Positions 53,773 to 63,474 of a DNA stretch of 64,000 bases are shown here, in pieces. The translations under genes were made by a program, and so were the position numbers. The stretch is from an uncultured delta proteobacterium (GTDB lineage Bacteria; Desulfobacterota; Binatia; UBA9968). Location: contig CAVUVW010000013.1 of the NCBI GenBank assembly GCA_963745035.1, forward strand, positions 1,312,001 to 1,376,000. The letters are read 5' to 3'. The first letter of the stretch is position 1; each line of letters starts with the position of its first letter. The notes beneath the pieces were generated by a model that searched no databases, was not told the DNA's origin, and saw only the letters and a program-made list of their open reading frames with translations.

Positions 53773-54094
53773 CGTTCGCTCCTTTTTGACTCGCCACTGA
53801 TGCCGATTATCGAGAGGGGACGGTGATTCGGGAAAAAAACATACCCATCAGCCTACCCTTAAACTTCTCCCGATTTCAATATGGGCTGAAATTTCGCCGA
53901 CGCGTCGCGCGAAACTGCCGGGTCTCCGCGGCCGGAGCCCGCCCGGATTCCCGCCGGTCCGCTCTGTTCGATTTCGATCCATAGCCGCTCGGACGCCTTT
54001 GACGATCGCCGCGAGCGCGCAACCGCTATTTTTGCGCAACGATTCGGGCGCGTGATTGACTTAAAGTTTCTGAATTGTTAGAGGCATAACGTCT

Positions 54095-54414
54095 GTGAAA
54101 CATTCGCTTGTCTCCAGTCTGTTACTAGTTCTTGTCGCGCTGGGTTTTCTCGGCGCGCAAGCGCCCGCACTAGCGCCGGCAGAGTCGGCCCGCGAGGAAA
54201 TACCCTCGGAAGAACGAGAAGAACAAGCTCTGAGAAACTCAACGTCGAGGCGAGCGCAAACTCGAGCGAAGGAAAGCCGCCAACTTTCCTGGATCTTTCG
54301 GAGCTCATGCGCTCCGCAGTGGATATGGCGGGTTTGGCCAGGATGTTGCGCTCTGTTGTCAAATCGTCTTTCTATCCGGGCAATCTGCACCTTCTTCAGG
54401 TCCGCCGCATTTAA
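54095..54414 (+). CDS. Small signal-peptide-bearing protein upstream of terC (probable frameshift near 54230; candidate end ...NLHLLQVRRI*)
   Basis: Hydrophobic N-terminus and acidic stretch in frame 2; frame 1 open from 54082 to TAA at 54412-54414. Confidence 0.45.
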
Positions 54415-54530
54415 CAATTGCCTTTCTCCGTAAGATTTCGATTCGCTGGGTCGGCGACCCAATCGTCGGGAGAATCAGAAATCCTATACTAAAATCGACG
54501 TCGCCGATAATGACGTGAAGGGATATACGA

Positions 54531-55484
54531 ATGGATTCGCAAGTGTTCCTCTGGGTGATTTTTAACGTTTTTGTTTTAGGCATACTGGCCCTCGATCTGC
54601 TGGTGCTCCATCGCCATGCCCACACCGTTTCGCTGCGCGAGGCCCTGGCTTGGAGCTGTGTCTGGGTGTCCTTGGCCTTGGTTTTTTGCCTGGGGATTTA
54701 CTTATTCCATGGCGCGGAGAAAGCCTTGGAGTTTCTCACCGGCTACGTGATCGAGTGGTCGTTGAGCGTGGATAATCTTTTCGTTTTCCTGGTCATCTTC
54801 TCCTACTTCGCAGTTCCGCCTATCTATCAGCACCGCGTGCTCTTCTGGGGTATCTTGGGCGCTTTGGTTTTGCGCGCCACTTTTATCGCCACCGGATCGG
54901 CGCTGCTGGCCAACTTTCACTGGATGATTTACGTTTTCGGCGGTTTTCTCATCTTTACCGGCATCAAATTGCTGTGCGCCGGGGAAGAGAAGATCGAACC
55001 GGAAAAAAACCCGGCCGTCCGCATCGTCCGCCGTTTCATGAAGATAACCGCGGAGTACCATGGCCAACAATTCTTCGTTCGCAAAGACGGCGCGCTGTGG
55101 GCCACCCCTCTCTTCCTGGTGCTCGTGGTCGTCGAGACCACCGATGTGATCTTCGCCGTCGATTCCATCCCGGCCATCTTCGCGATCACGTTGGACCCTT
55201 TCATCGTCTATACGTCAAACGTCTTTGCCATTCTCGGCCTGCGCGCGCTTTTCTTCCTTCTCGCCGGAGTCATGGAGATGTTCCACTACCTGAGGGTGGG
55301 CTTATCGTTCGTCCTCTGCTTCGTCGGCGCAAAAATGCTGCTGGCTGATTTTTACAAAATTCCGATCGGCGTATCTCTCGGTGTCGTCGCCGGCATCCTG
55401 ATTCTTTCTATCGTCGCCTCCATACTGAAACAACGCAGGGAGCAGCATCATGAAGCACTGCAAAAGCAGAGGCAAAGCCCGTAG
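54531..55484 (+). CDS. terC: TerC/Alx family membrane protein (Mn homeostasis family)
   Basis: EWSLSVDNLFVF, QHRVLFWG, DVIFAVDSIPA, TSNVFAILGLR. Confidence 0.92.
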   Translation: MDSQVFLWVIFNVFVLGILALDLLVLHRHAHTVSLREALAWSCVWVSLALVFCLGIYLFHGAEKALEFLTGYVIEWSLSVDNLFVFLVIFSYFAVPPIYQHRVLFWGILGALVLRATFIATGSALLANFHWMIYVFGGFLIFTGIKLLCAGEEKIEPEKNPAVRIVRRFMKITAEYHGQQFFVRKDGALWATPLFLVLVVVETTDVIFAVDSIPAIFAITLDPFIVYTSNVFAILGLRALFFLLAGVMEMFHYLRVGLSFVLCFVGAKMLLADFYKIPIGVSLGVVAGILILSIVASILKQRREQHHEALQKQRQSP

Positions 55485-55603
55485 ACTGGCATGCGCCACC
55501 GCAATCTGGCGATCCCGTATCGCACTGAAACTATCTTAGATCGGGGGCCGCTTGGGACGAGATAGTTTGACCCAAGAACGATGAAAAACGAGAAAGGCGG
55601 TTT

Positions 55604-56662
55604 CTAGCTTCCCGGCTTGTACCAAAATTCCGGATTGGTTTTGAAAATGTTCTTGGGAATCTTCGCGTAGACGAGATTGACCACGTCAACGGCTTCGCCA
55701 ATGCCGAGATCGATCGCCAGGCTGGCGAGCGCGTAAGCGTCGGCGGCGGTCATGCCCTTCTCGGCTTGGAGAAAATCCACCGCTTCCTGAAGCGCGATGC
55801 GCGTCGCGACGTTCAGATCGACGTCGAGCCCGGTCGTGAGATAGTCGGTGGCCGTCTCGACCCGCGGCTGCTTGATCGTTTTGTTTTTGTGCACGATGAA
55901 TTGCAGGGTCGGCTTGAGCGAAATCTCGATGGCGCCGCCGTCGACTTCGCCGTCGCCCTGTACCGCGTGGCCGTCGCCGGTGAAAAATTGCCCGCCTTTG
56001 TTGAACACCGGCAGGAACAGCGACGAACCTACGCCGCAGTACTTGAGATCGATATTGCCGCCCCAGGCGCCCGGCGGGGTGGATGAGACCAACCCCAGGC
56101 TGGTGGGCGGCGAGACCGCCATGATGCCCATGAACGGTTGGAGCGGGATTTCGATCTCGCCGGAAAATAGCGCCACCCGCCGCTCGAGATCGAGCCGAAT
56201 CAACTTCGCGCTCGGCTCGCGCAGCAGTTGCGGCAGCACTCCTTTGCCCGGTCCGGTATTGTTGACGCCGTAGGGAACGCGAAACTTGATGTCGCGCACG
56301 CGCACTTCCAAAGTATCACCGGGCTCGGCGCCCTCGACGTAAATCGGCCCGGTGAGAATATGCACGCTCGCGCCTTTGGGCCGCACTGCTTCGGCGAAAA
56401 TGGTTTTGGCGTCGGCCAGGACTTCGTTGGTGGGAATGCCGTAGGCTGCGAAAAATTTTTCCGGATCTTTGCTCGTCGTCAGGCCCTGGTGGGACAACGC
56501 TTCGATCTCGACGACTTGGCCCGACCGCACGGTGAGCGCCGGCGTGAGGTTGGCGGCGATGTAACCCCACAAAACCGTGTCGGGAGTGGAGTGCAGGACG
56601 GCGTCGGCCTGAACAGGCGGGCGAGCGGGCTGACCGTCATCGGAGCTTTGTCTTGGCGGCAT
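55604..56662 (-). CDS. Acetamidase/formamidase family protein
   Basis: HILTGPIYVEGAEPGD, GGNID, GDGHAVQGDGEV. Confidence 0.9.
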   Translation of the reverse strand: MPPRQSSDDGQPARPPVQADAVLHSTPDTVLWGYIAANLTPALTVRSGQVVEIEALSHQGLTTSKDPEKFFAAYGIPTNEVLADAKTIFAEAVRPKGASVHILTGPIYVEGAEPGDTLEVRVRDIKFRVPYGVNNTGPGKGVLPQLLREPSAKLIRLDLERRVALFSGEIEIPLQPFMGIMAVSPPTSLGLVSSTPPGAWGGNIDLKYCGVGSSLFLPVFNKGGQFFTGDGHAVQGDGEVDGGAIEISLKPTLQFIVHKNKTIKQPRVETATDYLTTGLDVDLNVATRIALQEAVDFLQAEKGMTAADAYALASLAIDLGIGEAVDVVNLVYAKIPKNIFKTNPEFWYKPGS

Positions 56663-56730
56663 GATTGGAGCCCTGCAAAAGTCGGCGATGCGCGCGGCCA
56701 AAATTCGGTGCGCGCTTGCTCTACGGAAGC

Positions 56731-57477
56731 TTAGTCGCGAATCGCCAGCGCGCCGCCGTCAACCGGCAGATCGACGGCGTAGATAAACTCGGACTCGTCC
56801 GAAGCCAGAAACACCGCCGCCTTGGCGATATCCATCGGCACGCCGCGCCGGCCAGCGAGATTTTTCACGAAACGATTTTCCGGCATGTCCTGCTGCCCCA
56901 CCGGCGAGCCGATGCGATTGGGCGAGATCGAGTTGACCCGGATGCCTTCGGGCGCAAGCTGGACGGCGATTGAGCGGGTCAGGTTGAGCACGCCGGCTTT
57001 GGCCGTCGTGTACGCCGTCGCTTCCTTGCGCCCCCAGTGCCCGGAGGTGGAGGCGATGTTGATGATCCTGCCTTTGCGCTTCTGCTCGATCATCGCCTTG
57101 GCCGCCGCCCGCGTGCAGTACCACACGCTGCGCAGGCAGACGTTCATCGTCCGGTCCCACTCTTCTTCGGTAATATCGAAAATGGTCTTGTGGTCCGTCC
57201 ACGCGGCGTTGTTGACCAGGATATCGACGCCGCCGAAGTGCTTCACGACGGTTTGCACCATGGCGTCCACCGCCGACGGCGAAGACACGTCGCAGACGAC
57301 CGCGAGCGCTTTGCCGCCGCTCTTGGCGTTGATCTCTTCGGCCACCTTGCTGCCGCGTCCTTGATCCAAGTCCACTACCGCGACTTTGGCGCCCTCTTGA
57401 ACGTACAGCTTGCAGATATCCTCGCCGATGTTGCGGCCCGCGCCGGTAACAATGGCGACTTGATCTTTGAGTCTCAT
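56731..57477 (-). CDS. SDR family oxidoreductase
   Basis: TGAGRNIG, NNA, YTTAK. Confidence 0.92.
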   Translation of the reverse strand: MRLKDQVAIVTGAGRNIGEDICKLYVQEGAKVAVVDLDQGRGSKVAEEINAKSGGKALAVVCDVSSPSAVDAMVQTVVKHFGGVDILVNNAAWTDHKTIFDITEEEWDRTMNVCLRSVWYCTRAAAKAMIEQKRKGRIINIASTSGHWGRKEATAYTTAKAGVLNLTRSIAVQLAPEGIRVNSISPNRIGSPVGQQDMPENRFVKNLAGRRGVPMDIAKAAVFLASDESEFIYAVDLPVDGGALAIRD

Positions 57478-57685
57478 GAGTCCTCCGCTTGCAAATCTTT
57501 TTCCGCTGCATAGCAGAAGGCTCCGGAAAGTTCCAGCCTTTCCGGGCTTGAAGGGGTGGCCGAAGCAGTCCGCAAAGGACAGGGCATGTCTACGGCGCGG
57601 ACGACGCGCGCCGCGTGAGAGGTCCGCGGCCAGGGGATTCAGGTGAGTTCGAAGCCGGAGGAGTCGAACGGAATGGATCTCAACG

Positions 57686-58711
57686 TCAAAGACTGACTTT
57701 TTCCGTATAGAGATCTTTCAAAAATTTGCTGCCCTTGAGCTCGTCGAAGAATTTCGGTTCGATGATATCCGACGGCTTTAAATTCTTGGTGCGCTCGTCA
57801 ACGGTCGCGCCGACGTCGACGAAAGCCTGGATGGCTTCGTTGTTCAACTCAGGCAACGGACGAAGCTGCGCGGAAAAAGCATCGTACATGGCGTCGACAC
57901 TGACGCCTTGGTTGCCGGGAAAATACTTCTTGAGAATCGTCAGGCTGTCGCTTCGCTTCGAGACGAAATACTGGATCGCCGCGGCGTAGCCCTTCATGAA
58001 GCGGCGTACGAGGTCCTCTTCTCCCTTGATAAAGGTGCGCGTGGTGATCAGCAGGTCGGTCATCACCGGCACCGACTTTATATCGAGTACTTTAATGCCG
58101 ACCTTCTGCGCCTGGCCGGCCATCTGCTGGTTCAACGGCACGCCTTGCACGAGGTTTTTCTGCAGCGCCAGCGCGCGCGCCGGCGCCAGGCCTGCGGCCA
58201 CCATCTCCACGTCTCGGGAGGGATCCAATCCGGCGCGCCGCAGCATGACGCGAGCCACCAGATCCGATCTCGCCCCCAGCGCGGACACACCGACTTTCTT
58301 TCCCTTGAGATCCTTAACCGAGCCGATCTCCGATCCTACTCCCATGCCGTACTCGTCGAAGCTCACGTGCGAGCCGATCAGCGTGATGTCTGCGCCGCTC
58401 GCCGCCGGCTGCAGCACCGCAAGCGGGTTGCCGAAACCGATCAACAGATCGACGCCGATCAGCGATTGGACGCCCGCCGACAGCGTATCGCGAATCGGCA
58501 GCTCCTCGATCTCGACGCCGTTCTTCTTGAACAGCCCGGCGTCCACGCCGATATAGGCCACCGCCGTGCCGATCTCCCACCCGGCATAGGCAAGCCGCAT
58601 CTTTCGCGGAGTATCCGCGGCCCAAGCCGGCGCGAGCGCGACAAAAAGCGCGGCCACGGCGCAACCGAGGTTGGCGAGCAGCCAGCGTGCCTGAATTTTA
58701 TATGTGCGCAT
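57686..58711 (-). CDS. ABC transporter substrate-binding protein (SsuA/NMT1-like)
   Basis: Signal peptide; GLFKKNGVE, DLKGKKVGVS. Confidence 0.85.
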   Translation of the reverse strand: MRTYKIQARWLLANLGCAVAALFVALAPAWAADTPRKMRLAYAGWEIGTAVAYIGVDAGLFKKNGVEIEELPIRDTLSAGVQSLIGVDLLIGFGNPLAVLQPAASGADITLIGSHVSFDEYGMGVGSEIGSVKDLKGKKVGVSALGARSDLVARVMLRRAGLDPSRDVEMVAAGLAPARALALQKNLVQGVPLNQQMAGQAQKVGIKVLDIKSVPVMTDLLITTRTFIKGEEDLVRRFMKGYAAAIQYFVSKRSDSLTILKKYFPGNQGVSVDAMYDAFSAQLRPLPELNNEAIQAFVDVGATVDERTKNLKPSDIIEPKFFDELKGSKFLKDLYTEKVSL

Positions 58712-58983
58712 GAATTTCATCATAGCCCACATTATTTTGAGCGCCAAGAGCGCGGTTCTGACTCCACATTGTTCCGCCGCACCGCCCGACAACGATAGCT
58801 CGCCGGCGCCGGCGAAGAACCGCCGTGCGTTTGAATCGATCTGCCGCCGCCGCAGAAGTTTCAATGCGGCTTTTCGTCGAGCCGCTTCGAGCCAAGACTG
58901 ATTGCAACGATGGGGAATATCCTCTAGGATAAATTCGTTTCACGCCCGAACGAATTTCCTTTTCTTATCGGAGGAGCGGCTTC

Positions 58984-59806
58984 ATGGCGACGATGATTAC
59001 CAACGACTGCATCAACTGCGGCGCTTGCGAGCCCGAGTGCCCGAACAACGCGATTTCGCAGGGCGAGCCGGTGTACGTTATCGATCCGAAACTATGCACG
59101 GAATGCGTCGGTTTTCACGACTATGAAGCTTGCGCGGCGGTCTGTCCCGTCGACGTCTGCGTCACCGATCCGAACAACATCGAAAGCGAAGCGGTGCTGA
59201 TCGCGCGCGCCAAGGAAATCCATCCCGAGACGAGTTTTCCGGAGAATTTTGAATCGCGTTTTCGCAAAGGCCAGGGAAAAGCCGCTCCAGCGGCGGCCCC
59301 GGCCGCTGCGCCGCAGCGCCCAAGCGGCGCCGCCCGCCGCCGCGCCAGCGGCTGCGCCGAGCGCGAGCGCGCCGGCCGACGCGCTCGCCGAAGCCGGCGC
59401 GAATTATATCCAGCTTCCGGCCATCGACTCCTGGGACATCCCGCTGCGTTGTTATAAATGCCGCGAAACGCAAGTCGAAAACGTCAAAAACTTCGCCATC
59501 GGCAACGTGATTTTCTGCCCCCACTGCAACAAGTCCATGGTCGTGCGCGATAACTTGAATTATCACATCCGCACCTCGCTCAAGGACGCCTACGACAACT
59601 GGGAAAAGACCCGGGCCGAGTTTGCCGCGCGCCGCGACCGCGAGCGCGCCGAGTTTCTCGAGCGCCGGGCCAAGGAAGCGCAGGCTTTCGAGGCGCGGCA
59701 GCGGCGCGAGCTGGACGCGATTCGCCGGCAGCTCGACGAGATCGGCGAGAATTACGATGCCGCCGGCAAGCCCTTCAAGAAAGGCTCGCGCTTCGCCTGG
59801 GGTTGA
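58984..59806 (+). CDS. YfhL-type 2[4Fe-4S] ferredoxin fused via an Ala/Pro linker to a CxxC zinc ribbon and coiled coil (frameshift near 59315)
   Basis: CINCGACEPECP, CTECVG...CAAVCP; downstream CYKC and CPHC. Confidence 0.75.
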
Positions 59807-59818
59807 TTCTATCTCTCG

Positions 59819-60292
59819 ATGCTCTACCCGTGGCTGCACCTGATCGCCCTGATCGTGTATCTCGGCGCGGTCCTGGGGTTTTGGCTCATGCTGCTGCCCT
59901 CGATGTCGATCCTGGAAAAGCATGAGGATCGGCTGCAGTTTCTCGCCCGCGGTCTCAAATTTTATAACCCGCTTCAGGTCGGCGCCTTGGGCATCGTTCT
60001 GTTCAGCGGCGCTTTCCAGCTCACCGAGCTCAAAGCGATCTATCGCGAGACGTTTATCAAGGAGCTTGGCTACATTTTATTCGTGAAACTGAGCTTCGCT
60101 TTTTTGCTGGTGATCTTCAGCGTCTATCAGGCCTTGGGCATCGGCCACCGGTTGGTCCGGCGCCATGAAAGCGGCGACACCGTCACCGCCGAGCAGTTGA
60201 CCGCGATTATCCGCCGGCTCAAGAGCGCCAACTGGTGCATCCTCGCGCTCGCGGCGATCACCCTGTGGCTCGGGCTGCGCATGCGCCGCTGA
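59819..60292 (+). CDS. CopD/DUF2269-like four-TM membrane protein
   Basis: WLHLIALIVYLGA N-terminus; four hydrophobic segments. Confidence 0.65.
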   Translation: MLYPWLHLIALIVYLGAVLGFWLMLLPSMSILEKHEDRLQFLARGLKFYNPLQVGALGIVLFSGAFQLTELKAIYRETFIKELGYILFVKLSFAFLLVIFSVYQALGIGHRLVRRHESGDTVTAEQLTAIIRRLKSANWCILALAAITLWLGLRMRR

Positions 60293-60362
60293 TTTCCGCT
60301 GGCGCAGTGGCGCGCGATGGTGCTATGAACGTCCCGATAAACCGGATTGAAAGGGACGCGCC

Positions 60363-61313
60363 GTGGCCCATCGCCAACTCAGAATCATTTACCGATCGAA
60401 CTCGCATGCGCCGCTCTGGCTGGTAGCCGACAAGTCGGGCTCCTGGCGCAAGAACGGCCTCGACGTCGACACTTCGCCGCAACTGATCCGCGAAAAGGCG
60501 GTGGAGTCATTGAAGAGCGGCCGGGTCGATCTGATCTCGGGCAATCACCACAATCTCTACGTGCGCAACGCCAAAAACGGTGAGGACTTCGTGCATCTCG
60601 CGCAGGCGACGAACAACTGGACGGAGAACAAGCTGATCGCCGGCCCCGGCATTGGCTCGATTCAGGATCTCCGCGGTAAAAAAGTGGTCGCCGACAAGCT
60701 GAGCTCCCACGCCGGACTCAACGTCTGGCTTTTTCTCAAACAGGAAGGACTCGACGCCGATCGCGGCGACGTCGAGCTGGTCGAGCTGCGCGGCTCCGCG
60801 GAAGAGCGCTGGAGGAAAGTCCTGGCCGGCGAATACGCCGCCACTTTCGTCACTATCCCGCACGACAGCCGCGCCGCCCAGGCCGGCGCTCAGGTGATCG
60901 CCGGCCGCGCCATTCCGATGATCCGCGGCGTCACTTTGACCACCACCATGACCTTCGTGCGCGCTCATTCCGACGAAATCCGCCTGCTCACACGCGGTTT
61001 CGTCGACGCAATTCATTTTTTTCTGACCCGGCCCGAGGAGACTTTGGAGATCCTGAACGAGCACGCCCGTCCGATCTTGAAGCTCCAATCGGACCAGGAA
61101 GTGGAAACTTTATACGCGGAATGGGCGCAATCGCTCGAGCGCAAACCGTATCCGGCGCTGCCGGCGATCGCCAACGTCTTCCAGCTCGCGCTCCGGCGCA
61201 ACCCGGAGATCGCCGGCTACAACCCGCTCGCGCTCTGGGACACGCACTTTGTCCGCGAGCTCGACGACAGCGGCTACATCGACGGGCTCTACAATAAAAA
61301 AGGCGGAGCTTAG
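60363..61313 (+). CDS. SBP-fold (SsuA/NMT1-like) protein lacking a signal peptide
   Basis: DLRGKKV, KPYP, ELDDSGYIDGLY; hydrophilic N-terminus. Confidence 0.8.
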   Translation: MAHRQLRIIYRSNSHAPLWLVADKSGSWRKNGLDVDTSPQLIREKAVESLKSGRVDLISGNHHNLYVRNAKNGEDFVHLAQATNNWTENKLIAGPGIGSIQDLRGKKVVADKLSSHAGLNVWLFLKQEGLDADRGDVELVELRGSAEERWRKVLAGEYAATFVTIPHDSRAAQAGAQVIAGRAIPMIRGVTLTTTMTFVRAHSDEIRLLTRGFVDAIHFFLTRPEETLEILNEHARPILKLQSDQEVETLYAEWAQSLERKPYPALPAIANVFQLALRRNPEIAGYNPLALWDTHFVRELDDSGYIDGLYNKKGGA

Positions 61314-61326
61314 CTCCGCCTTTTTT
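61296..61326. terminator. Bidirectional intrinsic terminator
   Basis: AAAAAAGGCGGAGCT-T-AGCTCCGCCTTTTTT between convergent genes. Confidence 0.9.
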
Positions 61327-61353
61327 GTTCACACGCGATTTAGCTCGAGCGCT

Positions 61354-62130
61354 CTAGCGCTGGCTGAAGCGATTCGACGGCTGCTCCTGCGAGGACGAGC
61401 TCGGCGCTGGCGGCTGTTGCTGCTGGCCGGACCCAGCCGGCGTGGCGGCCATGGCCGGCTGCGAGGTGATGCCCTCGCGATAGACGAGGATCTCGACGCG
61501 CCGGTTCTTTGCGCGACCCTGCGGGTTGCTGTTATCCGACGTCGGATTGCTCTCGCCGTAGGAAACCGGCACCACCCGTATCGGATCGAGCCTTTTCTGC
61601 GTGATCAAATAGCGGCTGACCGCGTCGGCGCGCCGTTTGCCAAGATCGTAGTTATAATGTTCGTTGCCGACATTGTCCGTATGTCCCGCCACCACGAACA
61701 TCGCGCCTTCACCCGCATCGCCTTTAAGATCGCTCAGAAATCCATCGATCTCGCGCTGCGCGGAGGCCGGCAAATTCGAGGAATTGAACGCGAAGTTCGT
61801 TCCGTCCTTCATGTCGATGACCAGTTTGCGCTCCAACCGTAGATTCGAGATCGCGTTAAGGGCGCGATCCGCCTTGGCGTCCACGTCACCCAAACGGCCC
61901 TCGAACTGGCCAAGCTTGCCTTCGACTCCGCTCATCCGCCCGCTGAGGCTGGCAATCTGGCCGTCGGTCTTGTCCAGACGGCCTTCGGACTGCGTCACCC
62001 GGCCCGATATCGGGTCGGTATGCTCTCTCACCCAATCCCGCGTCGCAAGACACCCCTGCGCCAATAACATGGAGCTCACGATGCCGGCTCCGATCAGATA
62101 TTTTGCCCCAAGAGAGGCTACGCCATTCAT
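61354..62130 (-). CDS. OmpA family lipoprotein with coiled coil
   Basis: Lipobox AQGC; GHTD, LGKRRADAV, SYGE, NRRVEI. Confidence 0.9.
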   Translation of the reverse strand: MNGVASLGAKYLIGAGIVSSMLLAQGCLATRDWVREHTDPISGRVTQSEGRLDKTDGQIASLSGRMSGVEGKLGQFEGRLGDVDAKADRALNAISNLRLERKLVIDMKDGTNFAFNSSNLPASAQREIDGFLSDLKGDAGEGAMFVVAGHTDNVGNEHYNYDLGKRRADAVSRYLITQKRLDPIRVVPVSYGESNPTSDNSNPQGRAKNRRVEILVYREGITSQPAMAATPAGSGQQQQPPAPSSSSQEQPSNRFSQR

Positions 62131-62211
62131 AAATCCTCCTTCATCGGTTGAATGTTGATAACACGACGCCAATTTGTTTTTCGTTACAGCCGGCCCGCCT
62201 GCGCAGCCCTT

Positions 62212-63474
62212 TTACATCGGTAACCGCACGACGAATTCTGCAGCCTCTCCGGGACGGCTTTTCAAGTAAACATCACCTCCGGCATTGTCCAGATATTCGC
62301 GCACCCGCACCCACTCGCCGCTCTGTTCATCGCGCGCGCCCTCCAATCGCGACGCATCTTCAAACAGCGCTTTCAATCGATCCGCTACTCGATTCGATCC
62401 CATTCCTTTCACGATCAATTCCAGATCCGCCGCGCCGCGCCGCACGGTCAGCCGCACGGTCTCATTGCGTGTCGCAAGTGCGGCGTTGTCGACGAGCGCG
62501 CTGAGGATGCCTTTCACCCGGTCGGGAATTACCGCCGCGCCACTCGGCGAGTCCGGCGCGTAGACCACCTCGACTTCGATGCCCCGTTCCTGGGCCGTGC
62601 GTTGGCACGAAGCGAGCGATTGGCTCACCACGCTCGCGATGTCGTCTGCGCCCACCTGCGCAGGTCCGCCTTCCTCGGCCGCCGAGTCGGGCAGAACGCT
62701 CAGCCGCTCCAGCACTTGCTGAACGGCGGCTTCGATGCCTTCGAGATGCGCGTCGTGTCCGGCGCCGGGAACGTCTTTTTTTAGTGCATTGCGGAGCAAC
62801 GCCGCGGTGCCAGTGATGACTTGCAGCGCGTTTTTGATGCCATGAGAAGCCGCGGCGAGCTTTTGCTGGTGAAACTTGCGCGCCGCGAGATCGCGCACCA
62901 CCCAACTCAGCTCGCCCGCCAAAGCCTGGAGCAGGAAAAGCTCGATCGCCGTATAATTCCGCGCGCGCGCATGGCCGAGCATCAAGAATCCGAAAGAAGG
63001 GCCGGTGGGCGCTCTCAAGGGCACCACCACCGTGCTGCGAAAGCCGAGGCCGATGCCGGCGTCCTTCCAGGTCACCGGAGCGCGGGAGTTTGCGAGCGAT
63101 TCGAGGCACCGCCGCGAAAAATCCTGCGGCAGTTGGCCGAGCCCTGCTTCAGGCACACCGACTTCAACCAGAGTCTCTTCGCTGACGCTCAGCACGCCGA
63201 AACAGAAATCGACGCCGAAATAGCGCCGCAGGCGCGCCAGGAAATGGGTCAACAGGAGCTTTTCATCGTTGGTTCGTTGGGTCCAAAAAAAAGCGCGCAC
63301 TAGGTTGGCGCGCTCCCACATTTTGAGAAACAATTCCCAGTCGCCCGAAGGCTGCTTTGGGCCGCTAAAGATCGGCATGGTGGCGTTCACGAAGGCGTTT
63401 TCCCGGGGGCTGCAACCGCCGGTATCCGCATCGGCGGACATACTCGGGAAATTCACAGGCTGCACTTTACTCAA
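62212..63474 (-). CDS. GAF-domain histidine-kinase-like protein with degenerate ATPase domain (start uncertain)
   Basis: VVPL...GFLMLG GAF; SHGIKNAL H-box; LVDNA N-box; no DxGxG or GxGLG boxes. Confidence 0.7.
   Translation of the reverse strand: MSKVQPVNFPSMSADADTGGCSPRENAFVNATMPIFSGPKQPSGDWELFLKMWERANLVRAFFWTQRTNDEKLLLTHFLARLRRYFGVDFCFGVLSVSEETLVEVGVPEAGLGQLPQDFSRRCLESLANSRAPVTWKDAGIGLGFRSTVVVPLRAPTGPSFGFLMLGHARARNYTAIELFLLQALAGELSWVVRDLAARKFHQQKLAAASHGIKNALQVITGTAALLRNALKKDVPGAGHDAHLEGIEAAVQQVLERLSVLPDSAAEEGGPAQVGADDIASVVSQSLASCQRTAQERGIEVEVVYAPDSPSGAAVIPDRVKGILSALVDNAALATRNETVRLTVRRGAADLELIVKGMGSNRVADRLKALFEDASRLEGARDEQSGEWVRVREYLDNAGGDVYLKSRPGEAAEFVVRLPM

Noticed and set aside
54415-54530. 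yybP-ykoY manganese riboswitch upstream of terC
   Set aside because: The characteristic GGGGAGUA and GAGACC elements are not recognisable
57520-57685. 6S RNA, SRP RNA or a known riboswitch
   Set aside because: No diagnostic motifs and no typical gene context; kept only as a weak structure finding
59280-59400. GC-rich low-complexity stretch as a DNA repeat element
   Set aside because: Explained by the Ala/Pro linker codons of the ferredoxin fusion
8577-59806. Programmed frameshifting or a recoded genetic code explaining the split genes
   Set aside because: Breaks share no common slippery motif, affect unrelated families, and all three stop codons end intact genes normally
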